Counted from the whole stretch's first letter, positions 41,994 through 51,027 are shown. The stretch: DNA of 62,198 bases, filler included, from Nitrospinota bacterium (GCA_030620925.1; 9 parts of 9 records of this genome joined end to end with filler, not necessarily neighbours in it), one strand, 5' to 3'. A program made the numbers and translations. Notes: a model not told the origin generated them from the letters alone.

Positions 41994-42512
41994 TTACTTC
42001 TCCCCATTTCTTTGTACTAATATTTTAGATTCTATTATTATTGACTCTTTTTGTTCATAAATTTCTTTTATCTGTCCTTTGAGCGTAAACAAATCCACAA
42101 CCCATCTCACACCTATGATTGTCCATATAAGCACTGCAGCACCCGCTATAGACGTGATTCCCAGACCATCAAAGGAAAAAAACAGGCTAACCCAAAGATA
42201 TAGACAATAAAATAAAAGGTAATAAGAAATAATGATCAATTTATAAAACTCCGGCATAGATCCATGCATATACAAGATACGCACACCTATAAAAATAAAA
42301 ATCCATCCGAAAAAACCTAATAACAAATATTTATAACCCGAACTTTTCCCCCCTATATAAATCCTATGTATACCCAGAGTTCCAAATAAGATCAAGAGCA
42401 CGTACGAAAGGATTGTGCTCTTTTTGTGCTTTTCGAGCTCTGAATTAAGAATGGATAGTTCGCGTGGCGTAAGTGTGGCTTTTACACTGTTGGTATCCAT
42501 TTTTATCCCCAT
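41994..42512 (-). CDS. TM2-domain membrane protein
   Basis: KKS..SYVLLILFGTLGIHRIYIG, WVVDLF; AT-rich. Confidence 0.85.
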   Translation of the reverse strand: MGIKMDTNSVKATLTPRELSILNSELEKHKKSTILSYVLLILFGTLGIHRIYIGGKSSGYKYLLLGFFGWIFIFIGVRILYMHGSMPEFYKLIIISYYLLFYCLYLWVSLFFSFDGLGITSIAGAAVLIWTIIGVRWVVDLFTLKGQIKEIYEQKESIIIESKILVQRNGEK

Positions 42513-42743
42513 AATAAAAGATGGGTAGACCTATGATACACAGATAGTTATTAACCAATCTTCTCCATGCCGCTCGAGCTCGTGTGCCCGGGCACAGGGG
42601 TTAACGGTTGCTTTCCCTGTGATTTCAACTTTGGGCGATATATTCCGCTTCCTCCTTGCAGGTCGTATATTTTTCGTGCCGGTCGTTTTAAAGTAGAAAC
42701 AGGCAGTCGATCCCATGTTCCGCATTCTTAATAAGAGCGTTAA

Positions 42744-43637
42744 TTAGTTCTTGATGTCATCTACAGTGTGGTTAAGCGTGTTGTTCTGATTAATGGCCCA
42801 TGTATCTATTGTATTATCGCGGTCTATATTGCCAGTGGCCCTTGCCAGGAAAGTGGTTGATGAATACGAGATGCTGTATGTATACCTCTTCTTGCCTGTA
42901 GGCTCTACCCACCCTATGTCGGCCAGGGAGCCATACATGAGTTTCTCGGCTTTATAAGTCCTCTCAATATTTCTGATGTGATCCAGCTCCTGCTTGGCTT
43001 CAGAGGTTAAGGCCTTTTTCTGGTTAGCCACGAAGCCTGGAATGCCTAGCATAGCCACGAATAAGATTACTAGCCCCAAAATCACCTTTTCAACAATTAT
43101 TACCCATACCCTTTTTTGATCCTGGGGAAGAGCGTGGAGAAGACGACCGTTTGAAGGGGGCAGAGAAGATTCTATTTTTACTCTAAGCGATTTGATATGC
43201 GGGACGGGTCTCCAATATTTCATGGCTTCTGTTCGGACGAGCGCCCTTGGGTCCAAATCTCCCGCTTCAATCATTTCCAGCAATTCGCTTTCAGGGATCG
43301 GCCCCTCTCTCTTGCTGTCTTTCCTGTAGTACCAATAATTTTTGGTTATACCCCGATTCCCTTTTATGGGAACATAAATGGTTTCCGGCTTAGCTTTAAT
43401 TTCCGGTTCCGAGCCAAGGGCAGGAGGCGGCTTTTGAGATTGAGAGAGATAGGAAGTAGTGAGCTTGGATTTAAATGCCTCAACTTCCGAAGCGCGCGTC
43501 CAGCCTTCCAAGGATTCCGACCAGACGAGAGTCCCCGGCCCCAGGTCTCCCGATTCAAACATTCCCAGTAACCTGCTTTCTGGAACAGGCCCTTCCTGCC
43601 TGCCTTTCCCTGAGTAATACCAATGTTCTTGAGCCAT
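42744..43637 (-). CDS. Tandem GYF_2 (DUF4339) domains + TM helix + type IV pilin-like head
   Basis: Two WYY....EGP...L..M...G.L....LV......W repeats; pilin-like C-terminus paralogous to 41385..41993. Confidence 0.8.
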   Translation of the reverse strand: MAQEHWYYSGKGRQEGPVPESRLLGMFESGDLGPGTLVWSESLEGWTRASEVEAFKSKLTTSYLSQSQKPPPALGSEPEIKAKPETIYVPIKGNRGITKNYWYYRKDSKREGPIPESELLEMIEAGDLDPRALVRTEAMKYWRPVPHIKSLRVKIESSLPPSNGRLLHALPQDQKRVWVIIVEKVILGLVILFVAMLGIPGFVANQKKALTSEAKQELDHIRNIERTYKAEKLMYGSLADIGWVEPTGKKRYTYSISYSSTTFLARATGNIDRDNTIDTWAINQNNTLNHTVDDIKN

Positions 43638-43918
43638 GAATTTACTCCGTTATATGGGGATATAATATTAATCGGCGAGGATACGCTGTTAATGAAGGAC
43701 GCATTTTAGAGCGGTCTGTTCACAGAATGGAATGTTAGACGGTATGCGATTGTAGTTTAGCAAAACAGTATTATGGTATCAATCGGGAAATCAGGCCATA
43801 GTTTGCATATCGCGGTTATCATGAAGGAGCAATAAGGTGTTTATGCCTCATGGATGGGGTAGTGCGCGCAGTAATTGAAGCACCGGCCGGGATGGAAGCG
43901 TAGTTGTATTATGGGCTT

Positions 43919-45565
43919 TCAGTCGATGGAGATCAGTGGGGCGCCTTCTCCATAGACCTCCTGCAGGGCGGATATTACTTCGCCGTGGGTGACGTCCGAT
44001 TTCATCGCCTCGATGACCGCTTCGAAGAGGTTGGCATCCGTGTCATCGGCGGCTCTCTTGAGGCCGTCGATGGCGGCCTGTGTCCCGGACTGATCCCGGT
44101 TTGCCCTGAGGTCTTTTATGCGTTGAATGTGGCGGTCCACCGCCTCCGGGTTGGGGCGGGGCGTAGCCGGTTTCAGGTCTTCTTCTTCGGGGATGATGTA
44201 ATCGTTCACACCCACCACTATGCGCTCTTTGTTCTCTATGGACCTCTCGTAGTTTAGGGATGATTTGGCTATCTCGGACTGGATGTAACCCCGCTTGATC
44301 GCCTCCAGCATTCCTCCCAGGTCGTCGATCTTACGGATATATTCCCGTACCTTCTCCTCTATCTCGTTGGTCAGCGCCTCCATATAGTATGAGCCGCCCA
44401 GTGGGTCGACGACGTCCGCCGCGCCGGTCTCTTCGGCGATGATATTCTGCGTCATTACGGCTACACGAGCCGCTTCGGGAGATGGGGCGTTCAGGGCTTC
44501 GTCGTAAGCGTCGGTATGGATGGACTGCGCCCCGCCCAGAACCGCGGCCAGGGCCTGAAAGGCTACGCGGGCGATGTTGTTCTTGACCTGCTGTCTGGTC
44601 AGCTCGCGGCCCGAAGTCTGGGTGTGAAACTTCAACTTCATGGTGCGGGGGTCTTTTGCGCCGAAGCGCTCTTTGAGGAGCCCGGCCCATATCCTCCGGC
44701 CCGCCCTGAACTTGGCCACTTCCTCGAATATATTTATCGAGGAGTTGAAGAAGAAGGAGAAGCGGGTGATGAAGTCCTCCAGGTTAAGACCCTGGCCCAG
44801 GCATTGAGTTACGTAATATATGCCCGAAGCGAGTGCGAAGGCCAGCTCCTGGGCGGGTGTCGCCCCCGCTTGCTGCATGTGCTGCCCGATGATGCTCAGC
44901 GGGTTCCAGAGAGGCAGGTTTCGAGCTGCGTATTTGATATGGTCGACCGTCATCCGCTCGTGGCCTTCCAGGGAGAAGCGGTTATACATGTGCAGGCTCA
45001 CGTAGTGGGAGATAAAGTCTGATTGATTGGATGTGCCACGGATGCAGTCGAGGGCTATGCCCCGTTTCTGCGCCAGTGCGATGAGCATGGCGGCGGAGGT
45101 GAAGGGGCCGGGGTCGTTGAGGGCGACGCTGATGTCTTCGATGGGGATGCCATCAAAACAGATGCCCATATCCACCAGAGCGTTCACAGGGGTGCCGCAG
45201 GTTCCCACCAGCTCTTTTTCCACCATGTCCACGTCGTAGCCGCGCATCCAGGTGTTGCAGTGGACAATATTAACGGCGGTCTGGCCTGCGTCGAACATAG
45301 CTTTCTGGCGCTTGTTCCAGTTTTCCGGCGATTCAAACCCGATAAGGAGCCTCTTGCTCCACAGTCGCCCCCTGTACATATCCGGGTAGACGCCGCGCAC
45401 GAAAGGGTATTCCCCGGGCTCCCCCAGTTGCCGGTCGTAATCCAGGTCTTTTACGTCCTCCGGCGCGTAGAGAGGCTTGAGGGTTATGCCGGACAGGTTC
45501 TTGACTTCGCCGTCTCCACGGCGATTGCGGGGAATATCATCAGCGCTTCTATTGTCTTCTACCAT
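43919..45565 (-). CDS. B12-dependent acyl-CoA mutase, substrate-binding subunit (divergent)
   Basis: PGEYPFVRGVYPDMYRGRLW, FEEVAKFRAGRR, FHTQTSG, LGGAQSIHT, DPLGGSY; no DxHxxG domain. Confidence 0.9.
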   Translation of the reverse strand: MVEDNRSADDIPRNRRGDGEVKNLSGITLKPLYAPEDVKDLDYDRQLGEPGEYPFVRGVYPDMYRGRLWSKRLLIGFESPENWNKRQKAMFDAGQTAVNIVHCNTWMRGYDVDMVEKELVGTCGTPVNALVDMGICFDGIPIEDISVALNDPGPFTSAAMLIALAQKRGIALDCIRGTSNQSDFISHYVSLHMYNRFSLEGHERMTVDHIKYAARNLPLWNPLSIIGQHMQQAGATPAQELAFALASGIYYVTQCLGQGLNLEDFITRFSFFFNSSINIFEEVAKFRAGRRIWAGLLKERFGAKDPRTMKLKFHTQTSGRELTRQQVKNNIARVAFQALAAVLGGAQSIHTDAYDEALNAPSPEAARVAVMTQNIIAEETGAADVVDPLGGSYYMEALTNEIEEKVREYIRKIDDLGGMLEAIKRGYIQSEIAKSSLNYERSIENKERIVVGVNDYIIPEEEDLKPATPRPNPEAVDRHIQRIKDLRANRDQSGTQAAIDGLKRAADDTDANLFEAVIEAMKSDVTHGEVISALQEVYGEGAPLISID

Positions 45566-45744
45566 CTGTTTTTACCTCCGGTAGCGATTGTCTTTATATA
45601 TATCTGAATTTCGGTGTGAGTCGTTAGAAAAAAAGCCGGATGTTTCTTCCCATCGGGAAGCTGAACCCGTCTACATGTTTTCAGGTGCCCGTGTCGATAC
45701 CGATTCCCGGATGTTCTATTCTATCATTTTTTAGTGATTTTTCA

Positions 45745-46365
45745 TCAGATGCGGCGGGCATTGTTTTCGCTGAACGAATACTCCATGTTGCGCGCGGTGG
45801 CTCTGGCGACAGAATCGCCGTAATAGCGGGTTACCACGTGCAGGGCCATGTCGATACCGGCTGAAATACCTGCAGACGTAATTATGTTACCATCCTCGAC
45901 CACGTGGTACTGGTCTTCCACGGTAACCGCCGGGAAGGACTCGCGCATCCAATCCAGCGAACGCCAGTGAGTCGTCGCTCGGCGTCCGTCGAGCAGGCCG
46001 GCGCGGCCCAGAAGCATGGAACCGGTGCAGACAGAAGTAAGTGTTTCGACATGTCCGCCGCGCTCGGCGATCCAGCTCAGCAGGGTTTCGTTATTGATCT
46101 CTTTGCGCGTCCCCCATCCGCCGGGAACCACCAGAATGTCCAGGGTAGGGCAATTCTCCAGGGTAACGTCCGGGAGCACGCGAAGGCCGCCTGTTGCAAC
46201 CACGGGGTCTTTGTTTTCCGCGATCAGAAGCACCTCGAAGGGTGAAGGCTCTTCCCGGCGCTTTTCTTCGTTCAGACGGGTAACGGAGAAGACCTCGTAA
46301 GGTCCACAGAAATCGAGTACTTCGACATCAGGGAAAATCAGGATGCCCACACGTTTGCGGTCCAT
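45745..46365 (-). CDS. DJ-1/PfpI family protein
   Basis: EVLDFCGP, VPGG, SVCTG, TSAGISAGID. Confidence 0.92.
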   Translation of the reverse strand: MDRKRVGILIFPDVEVLDFCGPYEVFSVTRLNEEKRREEPSPFEVLLIAENKDPVVATGGLRVLPDVTLENCPTLDILVVPGGWGTRKEINNETLLSWIAERGGHVETLTSVCTGSMLLGRAGLLDGRRATTHWRSLDWMRESFPAVTVEDQYHVVEDGNIITSAGISAGIDMALHVVTRYYGDSVARATARNMEYSFSENNARRI

Positions 46366-46439
46366 AGTATTTCATTAATACCATATCTGAATGGGACAGG
46401 CAACGACACGAGGTGTTGGGCATAAAGACAGCACTTTCT

Positions 46440-46858
46440 TCACTGCCATACCTCTTCGAAGACCCGGATAAGGTTCAGACCCAAAATTTTCCTGGTATCT
46501 TCCTCCGAGTAGCCGCGTTTCAAGAGGCCCGCAGTCAGATTGGCCAGCTTATCGGGCATCTCGATTCCTTCCGGATAGTGCCAGGGGGGTGGTCCATAAG
46601 CTTTGGGGCTCCAGGTTCCGGCGGCTATTAATGCTTCATAACGAACCTTTGCTTCCTCGTCGCCGGCTATTCCCGCCTGGCCCTCGAAATAATCGATACC
46701 CACGGATATATGCTCGACACCGACCAGCCGGGCGATATAGTCCGCATGCTCCAGGAGATCATCCAGGCTAGGTTTCTTTTTCTTGGCTACGAAATCCGGA
46801 TACCCGTTAAGCCCTATGACGCCTCCGTTTTCAGCTATCGCTTTGATCTGATCGTCTC
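46440..46858 (-). CDS. Membrane dipeptidase (M19) C-terminus, 5'-truncated
   Basis: Frame is open from contig edge: DDQIKAIAENGGVIG...LVGVEHISVGIDY...KILGLNLIRV. Confidence 0.88.
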
Positions 46859-46958
46859 NNNNNNNNNNNNNNNNNNNNNNNNNNNNNNNNNNNNNNNNNN
46901 NNTTAATTAATTAANNNNNNNNNNNNNNNNNNNNNNNNNNNNNNNNNNNNNNNNNNNN
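46859..46958. other. Artificial contig linker
   Basis: N44-TTAATTAATTAA-N44. Confidence 0.99.
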
Positions 46959-47340
46959 AGTCGCGGCAAGATGCCGCTCCTACGAAAGGGTACAACCCGC
47001 GGAAGGCGGGGCCAGGGGGGGAGATTAAAAGCGATGGTGAATATCCCCGGCCAGGACGGCGGGATACCGCCGCTATCAACGCCTCAGGATTCCACAGGCT
47101 GCTAGAGTTTCCCTCCCTGGACCCCGCCTACCGCGGGGCAGGCATGGAGGGATGTAAGGGAGGGTGATATAATCAAATTCACCCCCACCTTTTACATACC
47201 CATCCATTCATGGGTGGGTATTTGATAACCCTGCCGCTAGGCGGGGTCCGAACCCCGTCACTTGTGGCGGGGAATACCCCCCGACAAGTCAGGGGGTTCG
47301 AGGAGCACATGATGCTCCCACCCATTAATGGGTGGGTATC
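46959..47340. repeat. Dense cluster of REP-like palindromes
   Basis: CCCGCGGAAGGCGGG (same as 10882), CCCGCCTACCGCGGG, CCCATCCATTCATGGGTGGG, CCCACCCATTAATGGGTGGG, CCCCGTCACTTGTGGCGGGG, CCCCCGACAAGTCAGGGGG. Confidence 0.75.
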
Positions 47341-47389
47341 CAGCTTATGGCAAACTCTGCTACCACACTTTCTTTATTCTCTGTGGGCT

Positions 47390-47778
47390 TCAAATATACG
47401 GACAGGCGGAAACGCATTCGATACACAGGTACATCGAGTGGTCGTCTACCGCAGTGAGATGATTTATCATAGGCGCGTCTTCGGCGCCGATTTCGTTTGT
47501 CCTCATAAAATGCGAGAAGATTGGGCTTTTCATTGAATGCTTGAGGCACGCCAATCTGTTAACCTTTCCGGTTTTATCGATAGCCGCAACGGGACACTTT
47601 TCCTGGCACACGAAACAATTCTCAGGGCATCCACTCTCATCCTTCTCAGGCCAGGCTATTTTTTGCAACGGCGCCGTGGTGACTATCCCCCCCAGTAATA
47701 ATCTTGGCCCGTAAGTAGAATTGAAGAGAAGCCCGTTCTTCCCCAATTTCCCCATCCCCACCGCTTCAGCTGCCGGAA
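47390..47778 (-). pseudogene. C-terminal fragment of a QueG/reductive-dehalogenase-like 4Fe-4S protein
   Basis: AAEAVGMGKLGKNGLL..YGPRLLLGGIVT, CxxxCxxCxxxCP, CxxCxxxCP; family N-terminus is absent. Confidence 0.7.
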
Positions 47779-47779
47779 G

Positions 47780-48140
47780 CTGGCCCATCCCCTGGACGTT
47801 CCGGCAATAGAAAATCCCCTGCGCATGAAGGACGGAAGCTGGGTGCTCCCCGAGGCGGGGATTACGCTGGGAGAAATCTCTCAGGAATTTGGGGGAGAAC
47901 CTTGAAGATATGCTGCATCGGGCCACCGCCGTCCAGCAGCGCATCGAGACGTGCCTCAAACGTATGGGCAGGGCCACCGTCGGGCAGCTTGCCGATGAGG
48001 TATTCCCGATAATAGAGAGATACGCCTATGCTCCCATTCATAAGCATACTGTCCACTGCTACCTGCATAAGCTGAAGGAGGAAGGCAAAGTGCGAAAAGT
48101 TCAGGAAGAGGGCCTGATATTATGGGAGGCGGTTGGATAA
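47780..48140 (+). pseudogene. Fragments of an MBL-fold hydrolase with C-terminal winged helix
   Basis: LAHPLDVPAIE fragment without a start codon, then a frame change into ...TVHCYLHKLKEEGKV. Confidence 0.5.
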
Positions 48141-48227
48141 TAACGCGTTGGATGTGGCTTGATCGGGAAATAGATACCTGCTCTATGAAGGTTGAATGTT
48201 GGAGATGTTGGTGGTAGTTATTTATTG

Positions 48228-48413
48228 TTTACATGAAAAATATTTTCAGGTATAAGGTAAAGTTTATATAGGAGTACGCTCTATAATTATTGTAACGTCA
48301 CCTTTCTCCGTCTGAGAGGGAGGAAAATGACGGTCAGACCCTGCCTGGTTAAAGTGAATAAGTGCGGAAATTCACCCTCTTGAGGCTTGTGCCTTGAGAG
48401 GGTTTTTATTTTT
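48228..48413 (+). promoter_or_regulatory. Promoter and structured leader with attenuator-type terminator
   Basis: TTTACA-17-TATAAG; 13-bp stem at 48374-48403 followed by a T tract, about 30 nt before the start codon. Confidence 0.6.
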
Positions 48414-48444
48414 CTGAACATCTTAACAGGGGGGAGGTAAACAA

Positions 48445-49494
48445 GTGAAACTCGGTGTAATTCCTGAGAACCTGATCGAATGGATTATCAAGGCGGCGAA
48501 CCTGGCGCCTACGCCATTGATGGATACCATGGCGGGCATGATGCTTGCGCGGACAATCATGGTGGGAACGAAGCTCAACGTGTTTGAGGCACTCACGGAG
48601 AGTGCGCTGACAGTGGACGAGACGGCTGCGCGTTGCAAGACTAATCCCGACGCCACGAAGAAGCTCCTAACCGTTCTCGCAAATTGTGGCTACCTGCGCG
48701 TAAATGGAGAGAAGTATGCACTTACGCCGATAAGCCGAAAATGGCTGTTGAAGGAGGGTCCGTATTCGCTTTACGATAACACGATGTTCCGATTTATGGA
48801 ATGGGACTGGATCATGCAATACGAGAAATTCATCTGTGAAGGGAAGCCTCTCATTGTGCATGAGACGTTTACGGAAGAAGAGTGGGGTTTATACCAGCGG
48901 GGGATGCGCTCGTTAGCGAATATGTCGGCCCCAGAGGTGGTAAAGCGCACGACGGTACCCAAGGGGGCCAGCGACATGCTCGACATCGGAGGATCGCACG
49001 GTTACTACTCTGTATCGCTGTGCCGTCGCCATCAGAACCTCAGTGCAGTAATACTCGATCTTCCCGATGCGGTCGAGAAGGCGGCGCCCATTCTTGCCAA
49101 AGAAAATATGGGTAACCGGGTGGTGCACCGCGCAGGCGACGCGCTTACGGAAGATCTGGGGACCGAGGCATGGGACCTGGTGTTCACGGCCCATCTGGTT
49201 CATCATTTTGACGATGCAACTAATCGTGAGTTCACCAGGCGAGTGGCGCGGGCCCTCAGACCCGGCGGCGTCTTCACAATCATGGAGCCGGTCCGCCCCG
49301 CATCGCCGGAAAAGGCCGGGCAAATAGGGGCGCTCTTGGACCTCTACTTCGCCCTCACCAGTGAAGCGGGGACCTGGTCCTATGATGAGATGGCCGACTG
49401 GCAAAGGGAAGCCGGTCTGGAGCCGCTAAAACCGATTAAATTTCGTATGACGCCCGGAGTCGGGCAGCAGGCGGCGGTCAAGCCGTCAGCGTAA
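48445..49494 (+). CDS. SAM-dependent O-methyltransferase (dimerisation + Methyltransf_2)
   Basis: LDIGGSHG, DLP, AGD, LVHH, LRPGG. Confidence 0.9.
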   Translation: MKLGVIPENLIEWIIKAANLAPTPLMDTMAGMMLARTIMVGTKLNVFEALTESALTVDETAARCKTNPDATKKLLTVLANCGYLRVNGEKYALTPISRKWLLKEGPYSLYDNTMFRFMEWDWIMQYEKFICEGKPLIVHETFTEEEWGLYQRGMRSLANMSAPEVVKRTTVPKGASDMLDIGGSHGYYSVSLCRRHQNLSAVILDLPDAVEKAAPILAKENMGNRVVHRAGDALTEDLGTEAWDLVFTAHLVHHFDDATNREFTRRVARALRPGGVFTIMEPVRPASPEKAGQIGALLDLYFALTSEAGTWSYDEMADWQREAGLEPLKPIKFRMTPGVGQQAAVKPSA

Positions 49495-49574
49495 AAAGTC
49501 GGCCGATCTGATGCCGTTAAGTATCCTGTTGCCGGAATAGCCGAAGTGGTTATTCAGTGGGGGGTGTCCGGAAC

Positions 49575-49655
49575 TCAGCGCAGTAGTTGGCCAAGGGCGT
49601 CGCCGGTGGCCACCGTCTCGTCCCGCTGGTTGGTGACGGTTATCTCGCAGACCAC
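49575..49655 (-). CDS. C-terminus of a hotdog-fold (MaoC-like) protein, truncated
   Basis: VVCEITVTNQRDETVATGDA*-type ending. Confidence 0.6.
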   Translation of the reverse strand: MVCEITVTNQRDETVATGDALGQLLR

Positions 49656-49755
49656 NNNNNNNNNNNNNNNNNNNNNNNNNNNNNNNNNNNNNNNNNNNNT
49701 TAATTAATTAANNNNNNNNNNNNNNNNNNNNNNNNNNNNNNNNNNNNNNNNNNNN
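49656..49755. other. Artificial contig linker
   Basis: N44-TTAATTAATTAA-N44. Confidence 0.99.
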
Positions 49756-49899
49756 CGGATCAATCAAAACTGCAGGGACCCCCGGCCCCCTCCACAGTAC
49801 CTTTTTTGTTACCAGGCGGCTACGTAGCGGCGCGGGTGGTACGGCCGGGAAACTTGCAGGCAGATGTGAGCGTGGAAAGTTATAGCCACTACGGGGAAA

Positions 49900-50610
49900 T
49901 CAGTCCGCGAACAGGCCGAGCCGCTTCAACTGGAACTTGAGAGAGTCTTCATAGATCTTGGGGATATGCTTCTTAGTCTCCTCAACAGACGGGGCGAGCC
50001 AGGGGCGGCGGCGGATAACAACCGATTGATTCGTTAAGTCCCACAGCATCTTGACACGGGGCCGTCGCTTGCCGCCTACAACTTTGAATATCCCCTTGCG
50101 CCGAGATAGATCCAGGTAAAGATACTTGCGGCCCGTCGCCGCCGCTGCTTTAACCGCGATAAGGTTCTTCTGTCGCCTACCTTTGCCTTCCGACCGTCGG
50201 TGCTTAAGCGTTATGTTCTGGAGCTTATTGGGCTTACGGGGTAGACGTGTTCGAGGCTGGGCACCGTCGCCCTGGCCTGCTGAGTATGACGTCGCTATAG
50301 GCGTGCCCTCCTTCCCCTCCTTCCCTTTGACCGCCCCAAACTCCTGATCTTCCATGTAATCTGCAATTGAACCCACAACGGCGGCCTGCTGTGATACCTG
50401 GAGAGTCCGCGTTTGCTCCACCTGGACACTTCGGGCAGTGAAGCGGTTACGCAGTACCATCTCGGATTTGATGTGATCCTGTGCGATCTGACGAGCTTTT
50501 AACGCCGACTGATTAACCGTATTTTTCGTAGCGAAGGGGAACGCCCGTTCGCCAAACACTTTTAAATCCGATTCGAGCCGTTTAAGGCCACTACTTTTGA
50601 TTGAAAACAT
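49900..50610 (-). CDS. Basic phage protein, neck/tail-completion-like
   Basis: LKRLESDL...TVNQSA N-terminus, DQEFG, RPWLAPS C-terminus; probably leaderless ATG at 50610. Confidence 0.6.
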   Translation of the reverse strand: MFSIKSSGLKRLESDLKVFGERAFPFATKNTVNQSALKARQIAQDHIKSEMVLRNRFTARSVQVEQTRTLQVSQQAAVVGSIADYMEDQEFGAVKGKEGKEGTPIATSYSAGQGDGAQPRTRLPRKPNKLQNITLKHRRSEGKGRRQKNLIAVKAAAATGRKYLYLDLSRRKGIFKVVGGKRRPRVKMLWDLTNQSVVIRRRPWLAPSVEETKKHIPKIYEDSLKFQLKRLGLFAD

Positions 50611-50616
50611 GCCCCA

Positions 50617-50645
50617 GGAATACCACAAGGACAGACTCGCGTCAA
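50617..50645 (-). promoter_or_regulatory. Putative sigma70 promoter, leaderless transcript
   Basis: TTGACG-17-TATTCC with TGn; ATG 6 nt downstream; no SD. Confidence 0.45.
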
Positions 50646-50646
50646 C

Positions 50647-50955
50647 TTACCCCGCACACCCCAGCTTTAACCCATCGGTTGGGTTTTTATAAGTCGCCGT
50701 ATTTGTTACCCCTTCTCTCTATTTACCCTTTACCCCTTACTTTAGTTAAGTTATATATATAAAGGTGGTAGATAGCATACAGTATTATAGTATATTGTAT
50801 ATATCGTAGTATAGTATACTAAGGTACGCTATCAACGACGAAAGGTATAGAGAGGTCGGCACCCTTCGGGGTATGGGTAACCCGGGATAACTATTTGATT
50901 TATTTTAACATTCCCTCAACCCCGTACCTTCTGCGTCTTGGGGTTTCGGGTAGAT
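50647..50955. other. Putative phage replication origin
   Basis: TTACCC repeats on the left, GGGTA repeats on the right, AT-rich core 50740-50822, IHF consensus at 50888-50900. Confidence 0.55.
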
Positions 50956-50984
50956 TACACCTTACGTTAGACTAAAAAACAATA

Positions 50985-51013
50985 TTGACACCGTTTTAAT
51001 ATCATGTTAAGGT
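50985..51013 (+). promoter_or_regulatory. Sigma70 promoter
   Basis: TTGACA-17-TAAGGT with TGn extension. Confidence 0.7.
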
Positions 51014-51027
51014 GTATCAGAATGGCG

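Noticed and set aside
42531-42725. 64-aa ORF in the pilin-like island
   Set aside because: No RBS or recognisable motif; possibly a remnant
43792-43808. Sigma54 promoter
   Set aside because: GG-to-GC spacing is 9 nt rather than 10
27106-45565. mce and mutase as one pathway cluster
   Set aside because: On different contigs; adjacency is artificial
46765-46790. Frameshift in the dipeptidase A-run
   Set aside because: Recounting gives in-frame VAKKKKPS
47225-47305. tRNA-like element (GGTTCGA)
   Set aside because: No cloverleaf; explained by stacked palindromes
48311-48370. TPP riboswitch (CTGAGA...ACCCT...CCTG)
   Set aside because: Lacks ACCTGAT and the closing AGGGA/P1; downstream gene is unrelated to thiamine
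9048-49755. Recurring TTAATTAATTAA palindrome
   Set aside because: Always centred in identical N-runs; an artificial six-frame-stop linker
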